Below are positions 51,985-63,836 of a stretch of 64,000 nt of DNA, in pieces. The stretch's first letter is position 1; each line of letters begins with the position of its first letter. A model generated the notes under the pieces. That model was not told the origin of the DNA. It made no database searches and saw nothing but the letters and a program-made list of their open reading frames with translations. Source of the DNA: Utricularia gibba (lineage: Eukaryota; Plantae; Magnoliophyta); NCBI GenBank assembly GCA_002189035.1, contig NEEC01000008.1, positions 1,364,001 to 1,428,000 on the forward strand, in the 5' to 3' direction. Both the position numbers and the translations under genes were made by a program.

Positions 51985-54273
51985 ATGGGTAGAAAATCTA
52001 GTGAATTGAACATTCTCGCCATTCGGACCAAATATTTGATTCCCGATGAGTACATTGTTAGTCCTGCCAGGGATAGTCAGATACCATGGGGGATAGGGGA
52101 GCGACCCCTTCCCAGATTCAGCCTTCCTGTCCCTATAGCTTACCTGGAGAGCGGTCTCCGCTTTCTGCTCCATCCCCTCATCATTCAATTCTTGAACATG
52201 TTCTATGTTCCTCTTTTATGTCTCTCCCCCAACTCAATATTCTGTTTCACCACCTTTCTCTTCTATTCGGCGGGTTTGGACCCGAATATGACTCTGGTGG
52301 ATTTCTTCCAACTTTTCAAAATTGTCGTCCGTAAGGCTAAACGTCCCCTGCATGGTTTCTCTCATTTCCAATTTCTCCGATTTGAAAACCACCCCGATTT
52401 CGTCCTTAGAGCTCCTGATACCCATCATAACTGGTGGTCATCTTTCATTTGGGTCGCTCCCCCCTCTGGGGTCAGGTGGAACTTTCCAATTAAGCCCCCT
52501 GTGCCCTTCCAAGTAAAGCTTTTCGGAAGTTTCCGTCCCTCTAATGAATCTCGTAGGGAAGTATATCGGAGACTAGGTGAATGCTCCGTTAGATTCGAGT
52601 CTCGGGCCCTGATGCTTTCACAAGAATCCCTATTCGCATGCGGAATTCTTGGTCGTGATCGGATGGGCAGTGGCCCGACTTTCTTATTCCTCCGGGTTCC
52701 GATTTGGAGTATCGACTTCTTCTGCAATCTCCACATAATATCCCTTCTGCCTCGACTGTACTCCCTACCTCTGATCCGATATCTCCTCTTCCCTCTGATC
52801 CGGCCCCCGAATCCCCTAATCGGCCTTTAACCGAAAACAAGAGAAAAAGGGTTAAGGTTTCTGCGCAGGGACCTCCTAAAAAGCAAAGAGGTAGCCAGGT
52901 TCCACTTCCTTATCTTGTAATTTCTCTATCGCGTTTCACCGTTTGTCTTTGATATGCAGTTGAAAAGATGTCTCGACAGAATGCTTTGGAGGATTCGATG
53001 ATGGCGCGCTTTTCTGCTGAGATGCGCCGAATGCAGGAATCGAGTGCGGCTCCTTCTACACAGGTTTGTCTGACTTCTGGTGGCCCGTTGCTAAGAGTCT
53101 CTGATTCTAACCTTTCAACTTTTCTCCCAGGCCGACTCACCCTCAGCTCACTCGGATGCTGCCGGTCACCTTCCGGAGGATCAAGTGGTTGAGGTTTCCA
53201 GAATTCGGGAAGCGACTCCTCCCCTGTTGGGAAAAGGAAAAGAAAGGCTTCCTCCCTCGCCGATATCCAGTGAAAGTCCCATTCCCGGCACTGGGCTTAT
53301 TTCGGCCAATGCTTCCACATCAATCCCTCCGAGTAATGTGGGGGGGGGGGGGGGGGGATTCCTAGCCCTCCAATTCGGGTAAGGGAGGATCCTGCTCTTC
53401 TCCTCTCTTCGGTCCCCTCGGAGCTGCGAAGAGCTTTAGAAGAGGCTACCTCGAATTTTTCGGGAGTTCAGTCGGAGATTGTACTTAAAGGGATTTGGCA
53501 GGTATTCTCTCTCTCTTTTGGAATCATATACATCAGGTTCCTTACTTGCCGATTTTTTCATAGGCCTTGACGTTCGGATGGGGGATAGTCAAGGAAATAG
53601 GATCCCATTCGGAGGAAGTCTATCAGCTTCAGGCTCAACTCGCAGCTCAGGATGCCAAGATAAGGTCAATGGGGAAGGAAGGGAGCGCATTGAGAAGTAT
53701 GCTTGGGAAGCGTACCCGTCGAGAAGAGGAGTTGCAGAACCTAGTTAGTGAAATGGGGAAGGCAATTGATGACGCCAACTCCGAATAGGAAGGTTTCAAG
53801 GTGCAACTTGAGGAGGCTGAGGCAGAGTTGAAACAAACCAAGGATCATGTTTCGGCCCTGGAGGCCGAGCTGCTCAACCAAGAGGCATCTCGCGGGAGAC
53901 TTTTGGAGGACTTTGTGAATTCGGCCTGCTTTTCCGAGTTATCTGATATTTATGCCGGGACTTAATCGGCTTTCTCTTATACCGGCAAAGGCGTCAGTTC
54001 AGCCAGGAGTTTGGGCTATCCTTCACCGATCCGCGTTTCGCAGGGATCGACCCACTAAAGAAGGATGAAAATATGTTGGATGTCATCACCGACATATACC
54101 AGGCTTCGGAGTTCGGGTTCGAGGCTGATCGTGAGCGGCTGACTGCGTTGATTTGGGCGAGGATAGGGCGAGAAAATGACGCCAAGCTGAGGCAAGGATG
54201 GAACGGCATACCGGTTCCTCTGCAAATCCTCCCGATAATCCCCCATCCCGTCCTGTACTTTAGTAATTTTTGA
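51985..54273 (+). pseudogene. Retroelement antisense extra gene (Transposase_28-like N-terminus plus coiled coil), apparently spliced, now disrupted
   Basis: YLESGLRFLLHPLIIQFL..LSPNS motif, basic NLS-like KRKRVK..PPKKQR, GKGKER, heptad coiled coil at 53564-53900; candidate introns 52891-52959, 53064-53130 and 53502-53563; in-frame stops. Confidence 0.7.
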
Positions 54274-55023
54274 CTTGATGTTTTTCTCCCTGCTGTGGGG
54301 CTTTTTGAATAATTTTGGTCTGTTTTTTGCGCATCACTTTTGCCTTTGGTGGCGTTCACATTTCGGGGGAAGCCCCGAGTTGGTTTGTTGTGTTTATTAC
54401 GTGCTTAGACTTGGAGATTCGTCTATGCTTTTGTGATCCGGGGGTGGCTGCCTCCTAGCCCACCCTTTGATTGGGCTTTTTGATTTTAGTTTGCCTTAGT
54501 ACTTCCTCATGCAAGCTGAACCGTTGCTAGGGAAGTAGGTCGGAACACCTCATGGGTTGAGCGACTTCCCCAATCCGAAAGGGCCCTCTTCTGGCCATAC
54601 CCCATTGTTTTGAACATGGGTGGATTTGCTTCAGGTGCTCTTGCCGCCTCGAGATTCCGACAATAAGGTCAATACTTAAGGGCTTTTCGGGGCTTACGCG
54701 TGCGGTTTACATAAACCGGTGTCCGAATCGTACCAGGGCTTATTCTTGCTATTGACGCCTGGGTTGGTGGATCGCATATATATATCAAGGGAGACCCCGA
54801 GTCGATTTGCTGTATCCCGCAGGGGACTCCGATTTAGGAGATTCGCCTGGGCTTACGTTACTTGGCCAGAGCTTTAGATCTTTGATGGTCTGTTTGGGCT
54901 TACGCGATTCGGCCAGGGCTTGTGTTTTTTTTTCCCATCTCCATTTCGGAGGAATTTATAGGTGCATGAGTGTTTTGGGGAAGAGAATGTCGAATCCTGT
55001 GACAGAGATTGATATTGAGTCGG

Positions 55024-58000
55024 TTAGGCGTAGAACTTCCTTAGATGCGATGCATAACACGACCTTGGGAGTTCTATGCCATCTAATTGTTCCAGGCGAT
55101 ATGCTCCTTTTCCGATCACCCTTGAAATCCGATAAGGGCCTTTCCAGTTGCAGTCTAATTTCCCGACATGTCTTTGTGGTTGGATGCTTCGGAGCACCAA
55201 ATCTCCCTCGGAGAATTCCCTTGAGGATACCGAGTTGTTGTAACTCTTTTCCGTTCTTCTCTGATAAGCCCCTAGTCGGCTATAGATGCTTCGTCGCTTC
55301 TCTTCCAACAGCTCCAATTCCAGTTTTCGGAGTTCAGTATTCTCTTCTTCGTTATAATGCTCTACCTGGTAGCTCTTCAAGGTCAGTTCGATAGGGCATA
55401 TGGCTTCTGAACCGTAAACCAATAAGAATGGGGACTCTTCCGTGGTGGTTTGAGGGGTAGTGCGATATGACCACAGTACCTCATCTAAGCGATCTGCCCA
55501 TGACCCCCAAAATCTTCGAGCTTAGTCTTCATACCTAGTCGGAGCGTTCGGTTCATTACCTCTGTGAGGCCATTGCTTTGCGGGTGATATACCGAGGTGA
55601 AGTTGTGCTTGACCGAATACTTATCCAGGAATGCATCCATTTTTCCTCCGGCGAATTGAGTTCCGTTATCAGTCACTAGCTCTTGAGGGATTCTTAACCG
55701 GATGAAGATGTTTTTACACAGAAATCGGATAACGGTCTCCTTCGAGATCTTTGCCACGGCTTCAGCCTCTACTCACTTAGAAAAATATTCGACACTCACG
55801 ATGATGAATTTCCTTTGTCCCGAGGTGTGGGGAAAGGCCCCATTATATCCACCCCCCATCGGTCGAAGGGGCAGGAGAGTGGGAGAGTGGGAGAGAGGTC
55901 AGTTTGCTTACTGGTTTTCTTGGTATACTTGCATGGTATTAGCACACTTTGCACTTCTTCACCATATCGGTAATATCCTGCTTCATAGTTGGCCAGTAGT
56001 ACCCGGTTCTTAGAACTTTCCGGCATAAGGATCGTGTTCCAATATGGCTGCCGCATTCACCCTCATGTAGATCGGTTATGAGTTCTTGAGAATGCTTTGC
56101 CCCGATGCACCTCAATAAGGGTCCATCTAAGGATTTGCGATAGAGAATTCCATTCACTAACGTATACCTCTTCACTCTAGTCTCTAACTGTCGGGCTTTC
56201 GGCTTATCGGATGGGGTTTTCCCATTTTGTAAATACCGGATGTAGGGCGTCGTCTAGTCATCAAGGAGACTCAGTTGTGAAGAGATATCGTTTCCCGGTT
56301 GCTGGGTGATATGATTCACGGCTCGTAGGCTCACCGAAGGTTGGTCCCGTAACCGAATTGTCACACTTCCTTCTCTTAACTCGTGAAACCCTGCTGCGAA
56401 TCGAGCGAGGCTATCCGCGGACCCGTTTTTCTCACGTGCTACGTGCGACAGGGTGAACTCCTTGAAGGTTTTAGCCAATTCCTTCACCTAGACACGGTAC
56501 AGAGCCATGAGGGAATCATGGGTTTCGTATTCTCCCGAAAACTGCCCTTGCACAAGCCGCGAGTCGGTGTAAACGTCGAGTTCTGCCACTCCCAGCTCCT
56601 TGGTGATTTTCATTCCCTCGATCAGGGCTTCATATTCGGTCACATTGTTGGAGGCAGGGAATAAGAATTTCACCGTAATATAAATATGGTCTCCTTCGCG
56701 GGTTCTAATGTCTATCCCTCCTCCGGCGCCGTTGTATGTTGAGCCATCCACGTACATAGCCCATCGGTCATTGGCTTCCATGAAACGGTCTATAGGCCTA
56801 GTCTTTTTGACCACAAAATCAGCAAGAGGTTGGGCCTTGATTGCTGTTCTCGACTTAAACTCAATATCCATTGTACTTAATTCAACTGCCCATTTGGCAA
56901 CCCTTCCGGAAATCTCTGGATGAGACATGATGTTCTTCAGAGGCTGATTAGTGAATACCATGATGTGCCGATCTTGGAAATATGACCTCAATTTGGTGGC
57001 TGCCATCTTCAGAGCCAAGATGAATTTTTCTGTCACCGTATAGCGAGTTTCGGCCGGTAACAAAAATTTGCTTACATAATACACCAGCAAGTGATTATCT
57101 GCCAAGATGGTTGTCAAGGCTGTGCTGACTGCAACGGACGATATAGGCAGATATAGTCCTAAGGGCACCCCTGCTTTCGAAGCCACAAGAAGCGGGGGTG
57201 ATGAGAGATATTCCTTGAGTTTCTCAAAAGCAATCCGGCAATCCTCGTTTCATCCTAAAGCGTTTCCCTTTCGCAAGACCTTGAAGAAGGATGCCGACTT
57301 ATCGGCTGACTGAGATATGAAACGGCTGAGGGCAGCCAATTTACCCGTGAGGCTCTGATACTCCTTGATTGTCCTCGGGGTTGCATTTCGCATATTGCCT
57401 TAATCTTCTCGGGGTCAGCCTCGATTCCTCTCTCTAATACGTAATACCCAAGGAATTTTCCATTTGCACCCCGAAGCAACATTTCAATGGGTTGAGCTTT
57501 AACCCGTATGACCGACATAAAGAGAAACACGAATCCAAATACGCTAAATGGTCTTCTTCATTCATAGATTTCACGATCATATCGTCCACATACACCTCCA
57601 TTGAGGTACCGATTTCAGAAGAGAATATTTTATTTACCAACCTCTGGTAAGTCGCCCCAGCATTCTTCAATCTGAAAGGCATTGCCACGTAGCAGTAAAC
57701 CCTATCCTTAGTGTAGAAGGTGGTTTTCAGTTGGTCTTTCTCTACAACGAAAATTTGATGATACCCCGAATAGGCATCCATGGTGCTCAGAAATCGGGAT
57801 CCGGCAATGGCGTCTACTAGCTTGTCGATCTTTGGCAAAGGATAAGGGTCCCTTTCGCAGCAGGCGTTGAGGTCGGTGAAGTCAATGCACATCCTCCATT
57901 TTCCCCCGGGCTTCGGGACAACGACCGGGTTGGCTACCCATTCGGAGTACTGGATCTCCTTCACATAACCAGCTTCCAATAGCTCTCTTGTTTTTTCTTT

Positions 58001-60460
58001 GATAATTCGGCACTTTTTCTCTGAGAAATGTCGTTGCTTCTGCCGAACCGGTTTCGCCCCCGGGTAGGTATCAATGTGATGTTCGGCGAAGGATCGATCA
58101 ATGCCTACAAAATCCGCAGCAGTCCGGGCAAAAATATTGGTATTCTTCATCAAAAGTTCAACTAACCTTTTCTCGAATCCAGCGTCTAGATTGGCACCGA
58201 TGCGGGTGGCTTTTTGCGCATCTTCTGGTATTAGTTGCATCGACTTGTATCCTATTGGTTCCATTGCTTGTCTAGGGGGTTCCCGAGGTTCCTTTTCTAT
58301 CATCATCACTCTCGACTTTTTCACGCAGGGGTCCCGACAGGAAGATACATAACAGGGCCGGGCGGTTGGTTGATCGATACCCATCATGCAAATGCCCTTC
58401 GACGTTGGGAATTTGATTCTCAAATGCACAGTGGAGGGTAACATACCGAATTGGTTGATGCCGGGTTGCCCAAGAATGATGTTGTACGAGATCTCCGAAT
58501 CCAGGATTAAGAATTCCAACCTCTCGGTTTGGCTCCGCCTTGCCGCTCTGAATGTTACGGGCAGGGTTATTTTCCCGATAGTTTGCACGGCTCGCTGGTC
58601 GAATGCGTACAACTCCATGCGCACATGGCGAATATTTCCCTCGTTAGATGACGCCAGTAACTCGGCCACTTCCTTCTTCATGATGTTGCACGAGGATCCT
58701 TAATCGATAAGAATCCTCCTTACCTTGGTACTCCCACATATTCTTGACACCACCGAAGGCTCATCTCTCATGGTTGGGCCAACCGGGACGTCTTTGTCGG
58801 AGAAGCTGATCTCTTCCTTTTCCCAAGCAGCTTTCTCAGTCGGACCATTTCCAATTTCGAAAACTTCTCCTCTTCTAGCTTCATCCAAATATCTCTTCTG
58901 TTCCTTTCCGGACACATCCATCTCGATTCCTCCGGATATCATATGGATTTCTCGAATATAGGGGGAACTACCCTGCATTTGATGGGCACTCCGTGAGCTT
59001 TCCGGTAGGTCTTGTCCTCCTCCAAGATTCAGTTCCTTGCTGGCTCACGAGTTCGCCATCCCCGGTTTCGGATATCGGTTCCCTTCGTTCCCTGTTCGCT
59101 CGTTACGTCCTCTTTTCCGGTCCGCCATTGATGCGGGGTTCCGCATCGCGTTGTTCATCCCCCGACCAGCATGATACTGCTCGATCATCCTCTTCATCAG
59201 TCGGCAGTCGGCAGTATCATGTCCGGTGGTTTTATGTATTTCGCAGTAGGCATATGTTCTGGTTGGTTCCACCTGATATACTTCACGGCGCTTATTCGGC
59301 GTGGGTCCCCGATTAAGTTGGGTCTCCTACTGTGGGACTGGACAAATCTCCACACGGCTCTTCATCTCGGCCTTGAGGTCTTCGTCCACTCGGATGTACT
59401 TCATGATTTTCCTTAGCAATTCTCAGAGATTCTTTGGTGGGGACTTCGATAGACTTTGTCCCAATTTTGACGTTCCTAAGGCCCGCTTCATTATTTCCAC
59501 CCTTTCTTTTAAATCCAATTGGACATCCTGCGCTAAGCAGTTGAATCGATCGATGAATCTTCGCAAGCTCTCTTTTCGGTGATCGTACCGAATAGAGTAT
59601 AGTGATGCCTTCGAAGGTGGAGCTTCAATATTAACAACGTATCGGGTAGTGAAGAGCAGTACTAATTCCCGATAAGATGCCACGCTGCATGGTTCTAACT
59701 GTTTAAACCAAGTCTTCGCTCCTTTCTGGAGCGAGCTAGCAAACAGCTTACACTTCATGACCTCTGAATGTCGAACCGTGGACATCCTCATATCGAAGTC
59801 GGTTACATACGATATGGGGTCCCCTTTTCCGTCATATGTGGGTAATCCGTCTGGGACTCTGAATCCTCTCTCGGGCTCTTCTCCTACTAAATCGTCCGAG
59901 AAAGGGTCAAAACGCAGCGTTGTGGTTCCAGCCGCTCCCTCAACTCCACTCTTCAAGGCCAAAGCAATATCGGCCAAAACATCTCCTCTCCCAGTGGATA
60001 CATTCTGATCGAAAACGTCCCTAAAGCCTCTATCCTCTCTTCTCCCTGCCAACATCCGCTTGTCGATAAATCTTTTACTCTCGCGGATCTGGTCTAACTC
60101 TCTCTTCAACTCTTCTTCTCTTTCTTCCAAGATTTTGCTAGTCATGTTTTCCCTATCAGCTGCTGGCTCATACACGACTTGGTTGCGCCTCTTTCTCCGT
60201 AGCATCTCCTCTTCGGTTTCGGATTCAGTCTCCGTATCTAGGGGGTACTCCGGAATAAGAGGTTGCTTCGCCGTTCGTGGTGCGGTTTCGGGTGTTCTCT
60301 CCTGGGCATTGGAGTTGAGACCTGAAGGTGCCCGGAGGTCGGTAAGGATTTCCGTCAGCAGGGCCTTCAGTTGCTCCCTGCTAGTGATCATAAGGCCGGG
60401 GTCTCTTGTGTCGGCACTTTCGTCATGAGCCGGGATGGTGGCTGTGCTATTTTCCGTCAT
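55024..60460 (-). pseudogene. Retrotransposon gag-pol (gag, protease, RT, RNase H, additional aRNH, integrase), fragmented by stops and frameshifts
   Basis: LPTYDGKGDP (gag), YCEIHKTTGHDTADC, RILID*GSS, KWRMCIDFTDLN, YVDDM, LVYYVSK..ETRY, YVDGS..SNNVTEYEALIEG, HEGECGSH, WGVDIMGPFP, TDNGTQF, YHPQSNG and WKGPYRI. Confidence 0.93.
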
Positions 60461-60515
60461 GACTTGTGATTAACGAGTGGCTCCTGTGGGTTTCTCAAAT
60501 GGGACTGTGGAACGT

Positions 60516-60534
60516 AGCCCCACGGTGGGCGTCA
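60516..60534 (-). other. Primer-binding site complementary to the tRNA-Lys 3' end, with one mismatch
   Basis: Plus strand AGCCCCACGGTGGGCGTCA versus tRNA-Lys(CUU) 3' end AGCCCCACGGTGGGCGCCA. Confidence 0.85.
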
Positions 60535-60538
60535 AATA

Positions 60539-61066
60539 TGTTATGGGTGAAATCGGTATCCGTTGGGGGGCCGATTTCAGGTGATAGGCGCGGTCGGGAA
60601 TGCCACGCTTAGTCACGTTCTTCAGGGTTGGTGCGATTGAAATAAGAATGAGCAAGGATTTTTTACGTGGAAACCGTCGGAAAGCGGAAAAACCACAGAG
60701 CTACCGGAGCTCGCCGGAAAAGAGTTTCACTAGATGGAGATCGCGAAGAGAAGAATACAAATTGAAGAAATCTTTTTAGTCCAACCCCTTTCTTGTCATA
60801 ATTCCGTCTATTTATAGGAGAGTTCATCCTGACTGAACCCTGACATCTGCAAATATCGGTTGCCTACTGCACCGATTATATGATCTCGTTTTTCAGATAT
60901 CGGTCGCCCGTTATGCCGTAATTCGGTCGCTTTTCAGACTGTGTCATATGGCCATACCTGTTAGATTTCTGATAGATATCGATATGTCACCTGGCGTTAT
61001 CCTTTCAGGATCATTTTTGGCAACTTTTCAGAGATTGACTGATTGTACCCGATTTGTACCCCATCG
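60539..61066 (-). repeat. 5' LTR (528 bp)
   Basis: Direct repeat of 50967-51494; outer terminus reads CG instead of TG on the element strand. Confidence 0.95.
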
Positions 61067-61135
61067 GGTACTAAATTGAATATGTGTATAATATAATCCT
61101 ACAAGATTGATATACATATACTAATTAATTAAATA

Positions 61136-61157
61136 ATATATATATATATATATATAT
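61136..61157. repeat. (AT)n microsatellite
   Basis: Visible dinucleotide run. Confidence 0.85.
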
Positions 61158-61871
61158 TTAAATATAAATACTTCATACCCTATTATCAAACATTCCCAAA
61201 GTGCCATAATCTTTGATTAGACATTTGGGCCGGCGAATTTTTCATTTTGATATTATTACAAAACATTAATAATTAATATTATAATTTTTATTACATAGTA
61301 GTGGTCCACTGTTCTAAATTATCCATGAATTTAATCAAGGCTTCATTGATTTTGCATGAAATTCAACTTTTTTAAATAAATGTGTGAAAATGAAAATGGG
61401 TGAATAAAATAATTTAGCAGAAGTTATATGATTTTGGTTTTGTAAGCAAAGTTAGTTGAAAAGCAGTGACTGGTGCAGGCTTTCTGGACAGAGGGCATCA
61501 TGAAAAGCAGAGAAAAGGTACGGCCCCACGTGAAGAGTTTCAACGGACAGGATTGGACCAGGAGCCCGGTCCGAGCCCAGGGAGGGCCGATGCAGGCTCC
61601 TCGTGGTGTCCACGCGCGGCCTCCTCGAGTGAGGACATGAGTGCGTTGGATTCTTCCCGTTTCGATCAGATCAGCGCCTCTAAAAAGAGTGATTAACTGT
61701 TAACCGTTGAATACTGTTAGGGGTATTTATGTACTTTTTGTAAAGGGGAGCCATAGAAAAGCAAATGGAAATGGAGATGACCCAACGTTGCTGAGCATCA
61801 GTTGGTTCCCTAAACTCACTGTCGACTCCCCCAGCTCTCTCCCCGCCACTCGCCGCCGGCGATATTCTGCC

Positions 61872-62877
61872 ATGGGAGTGGAAAGCGGCGCCTGGAGAGT
61901 CCTGATTCTGCCGCCAACACCCGCTGCGGCGCCGTCGTACTCGTACGCGCAGAGAGAGGACCACCCCGCCCAATTCGATAACACCGTCAACGCCGTCTCC
62001 TTCGGCTTCGTCGCCACTGCCATCCTCATTTCCATGTTCCTTGCCATGGCCATCTTCGAGAAGTTTCTCAGAGTCACCGACACTCGCCGCCGCACCCACC
62101 ACGACCTCGAGTCCCAGACCCACCTCGGCAACATCCCACAATCCAATTTCCACCACAAACTGTGCTGCCCATCTCCCAAAGTAAGCATTTTATTTATTCA
62201 CTTTGTTTGAGTTTGAGGACATGTACTGGTTTCTTTTCTCTGTTTTTGGTCCCTACTTCTCTTGAATGTCCACCATGGTAACAGATACAGATAGGATACT
62301 CCAAAATACCAGGTATTCTTACCGCATACAGGCAGCCTGTCCGAGTCGAGAAGGTTTGTTAGTTTCACTGTATCTGCTGTAGACCCCCAGACCAATACAT
62401 AGGACACCCCATACATCAATGCCCACCGAATCAACAGAAGCTTGCTGGCACTAAAAATCCAATCTTTCCGACATTCAGAGATGTCCTGTCCACTAATGTG
62501 TTAAAACTTGTTGGCCCATTGCCTCAAGTTTATCAGCCTGTGCAACCATCTATCAATCTAAATCATTGCACATCATTATTGAGGTCCAATTATTTGGAAC
62601 AGTGGCCTCAATCCTAGTTGTCCATCTCTTGATAACGACGAATCGGATACCTCAAATGCATTTTCAATTCCAGGACATTTGCTTTAATGCAGACAGGTAA
62701 CATGTTTCTTGCTTGGTGTTTGCTGCGGCTTGACTCCAGGCCTGTATGGAAGATGCTCCGGAGGTTTCGGTCGTCATGCCTGGGGATAAAGTTCCGACGT
62801 ATCTCGCGAATCCGGCGCCGTGTCCGGAGACTGGGAGTGGGACCATGGAGAATGAATCCAATAAGCAACGACGTTGA
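61872..62877 (+). CDS. Uncharacterised single-pass membrane protein; exons 61872-62180 and 62740-62877
   Basis: NAVSFGFVATAILISMFLAMAIFEKFLR TM motif and VSVVMPGDKVPTYLANPAPCP motif; phase-0 GT-AG junction. Confidence 0.85.
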
Positions 62878-63527
62878 AGCTTACGGAGGACGGAGTTGTT
62901 TGCGCCCCTGATACTTTGTACATTTCTGGAACGGCATTTGTGATACCGGTGGTGCACCGGCGGAGGTTCAATTGCCGATGGCCCGGTAGCACCACCTCCC
63001 ATTCTAGCCCAAGACATTTATCTTCGGCCCATAAATATAAAGCTCATGTTAACACTAATAAATTGGGCTCATAAAACGCTGTGATTTAATCTTATCCATA
63101 GAACCATGTGATTCTTCTTCTTTGCATTGAGTTCTCAAATTTTTTTTTGTGTAAATATATTAAATCTAAACTAAAATAAACAAAATCAACCTATAAAAAC
63201 ATAATACATAGTTTCGAATATACTTGATGTAATATCTTTTAAATCGTGATGATTAACATGGATCATAATACATAATTTCGAATATACGCAATTAAGGAAA
63301 TTCAAATAATTGAAAAAATTTAAAACGTGGGCTCCAAGAAGTTTATGAGAGGCTGCTTGACTTACTTCCACGAAGCGTACATGGGAATATTATCTGGTTG
63401 ACGGTCTTCAACAAGACGCGTAGCGGAGACTATTCAGTAGTGCGCTTTCTTCAGTCGACTTTGTGCTATAAATTAGCGTTGGGAAAGCATTTTCCAGGCA
63501 CCGATTCAAAATTCCGATCCTAACGAA

Positions 63528-63836
63528 ATGAAGAAGATTGTTCTGAAATTCGACTACTCAAACGAGAAAATGAAGCGGAAGGGGATGAAGAAGGTCTCCA
63601 GTATCTCGGGTGTGGAGTCCATCGCTGTTGATGCCGGCGCCAAGAAGCTGACGATCACCGGGGATGTGGACCCGGTGGTGGTTGTGGATCAGTTGCGGAA
63701 GCTTTGCGCCGTCGACATCGTCTCCTTCGGCCCGGCTAAGGAACCAGAGGCGAGCATCAAGATAGACCAAGTCCGGGAGCAATGGCAGCAGGGATTTCTT
63801 GCGCCCTATTCTTATTACTATCAACCTACTTATTAG
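63528..63836 (+). CDS. Heavy-metal-associated (HMA/HIPP39-like) protein, intronless; may extend to 63895 if one C is missing at 63825-63826
   Basis: MKKIVLK..KMKRKGMKKVSSISGVESIAVD..KKLTITGDVDPVVVVDQLRK..DIVSFGPAKEP; no CxxC motif. Confidence 0.85.
   Translation: MKKIVLKFDYSNEKMKRKGMKKVSSISGVESIAVDAGAKKLTITGDVDPVVVVDQLRKLCAVDIVSFGPAKEPEASIKIDQVREQWQQGFLAPYSYYYQPTY

Larger units (their letters stand above)
50967..61066 (-). mobile_element. Full-length Ty3/Gypsy LTR retrotransposon, Tat superclade (Retand-like), coding region decayed
   Basis: Two 528-bp LTRs; 5-bp TSD GGTAC at 50962-50966 and 61067-61071; PBS, PPT; gag-PR-RT-RH-aRH-INT order; 3' antisense ORF. Confidence 0.96.

Noticed and set aside
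61680-62188. Two minus-strand ORFs of about 155 aa
   Set aside because: Antisense shadows of the GC-rich first exon of the membrane protein gene
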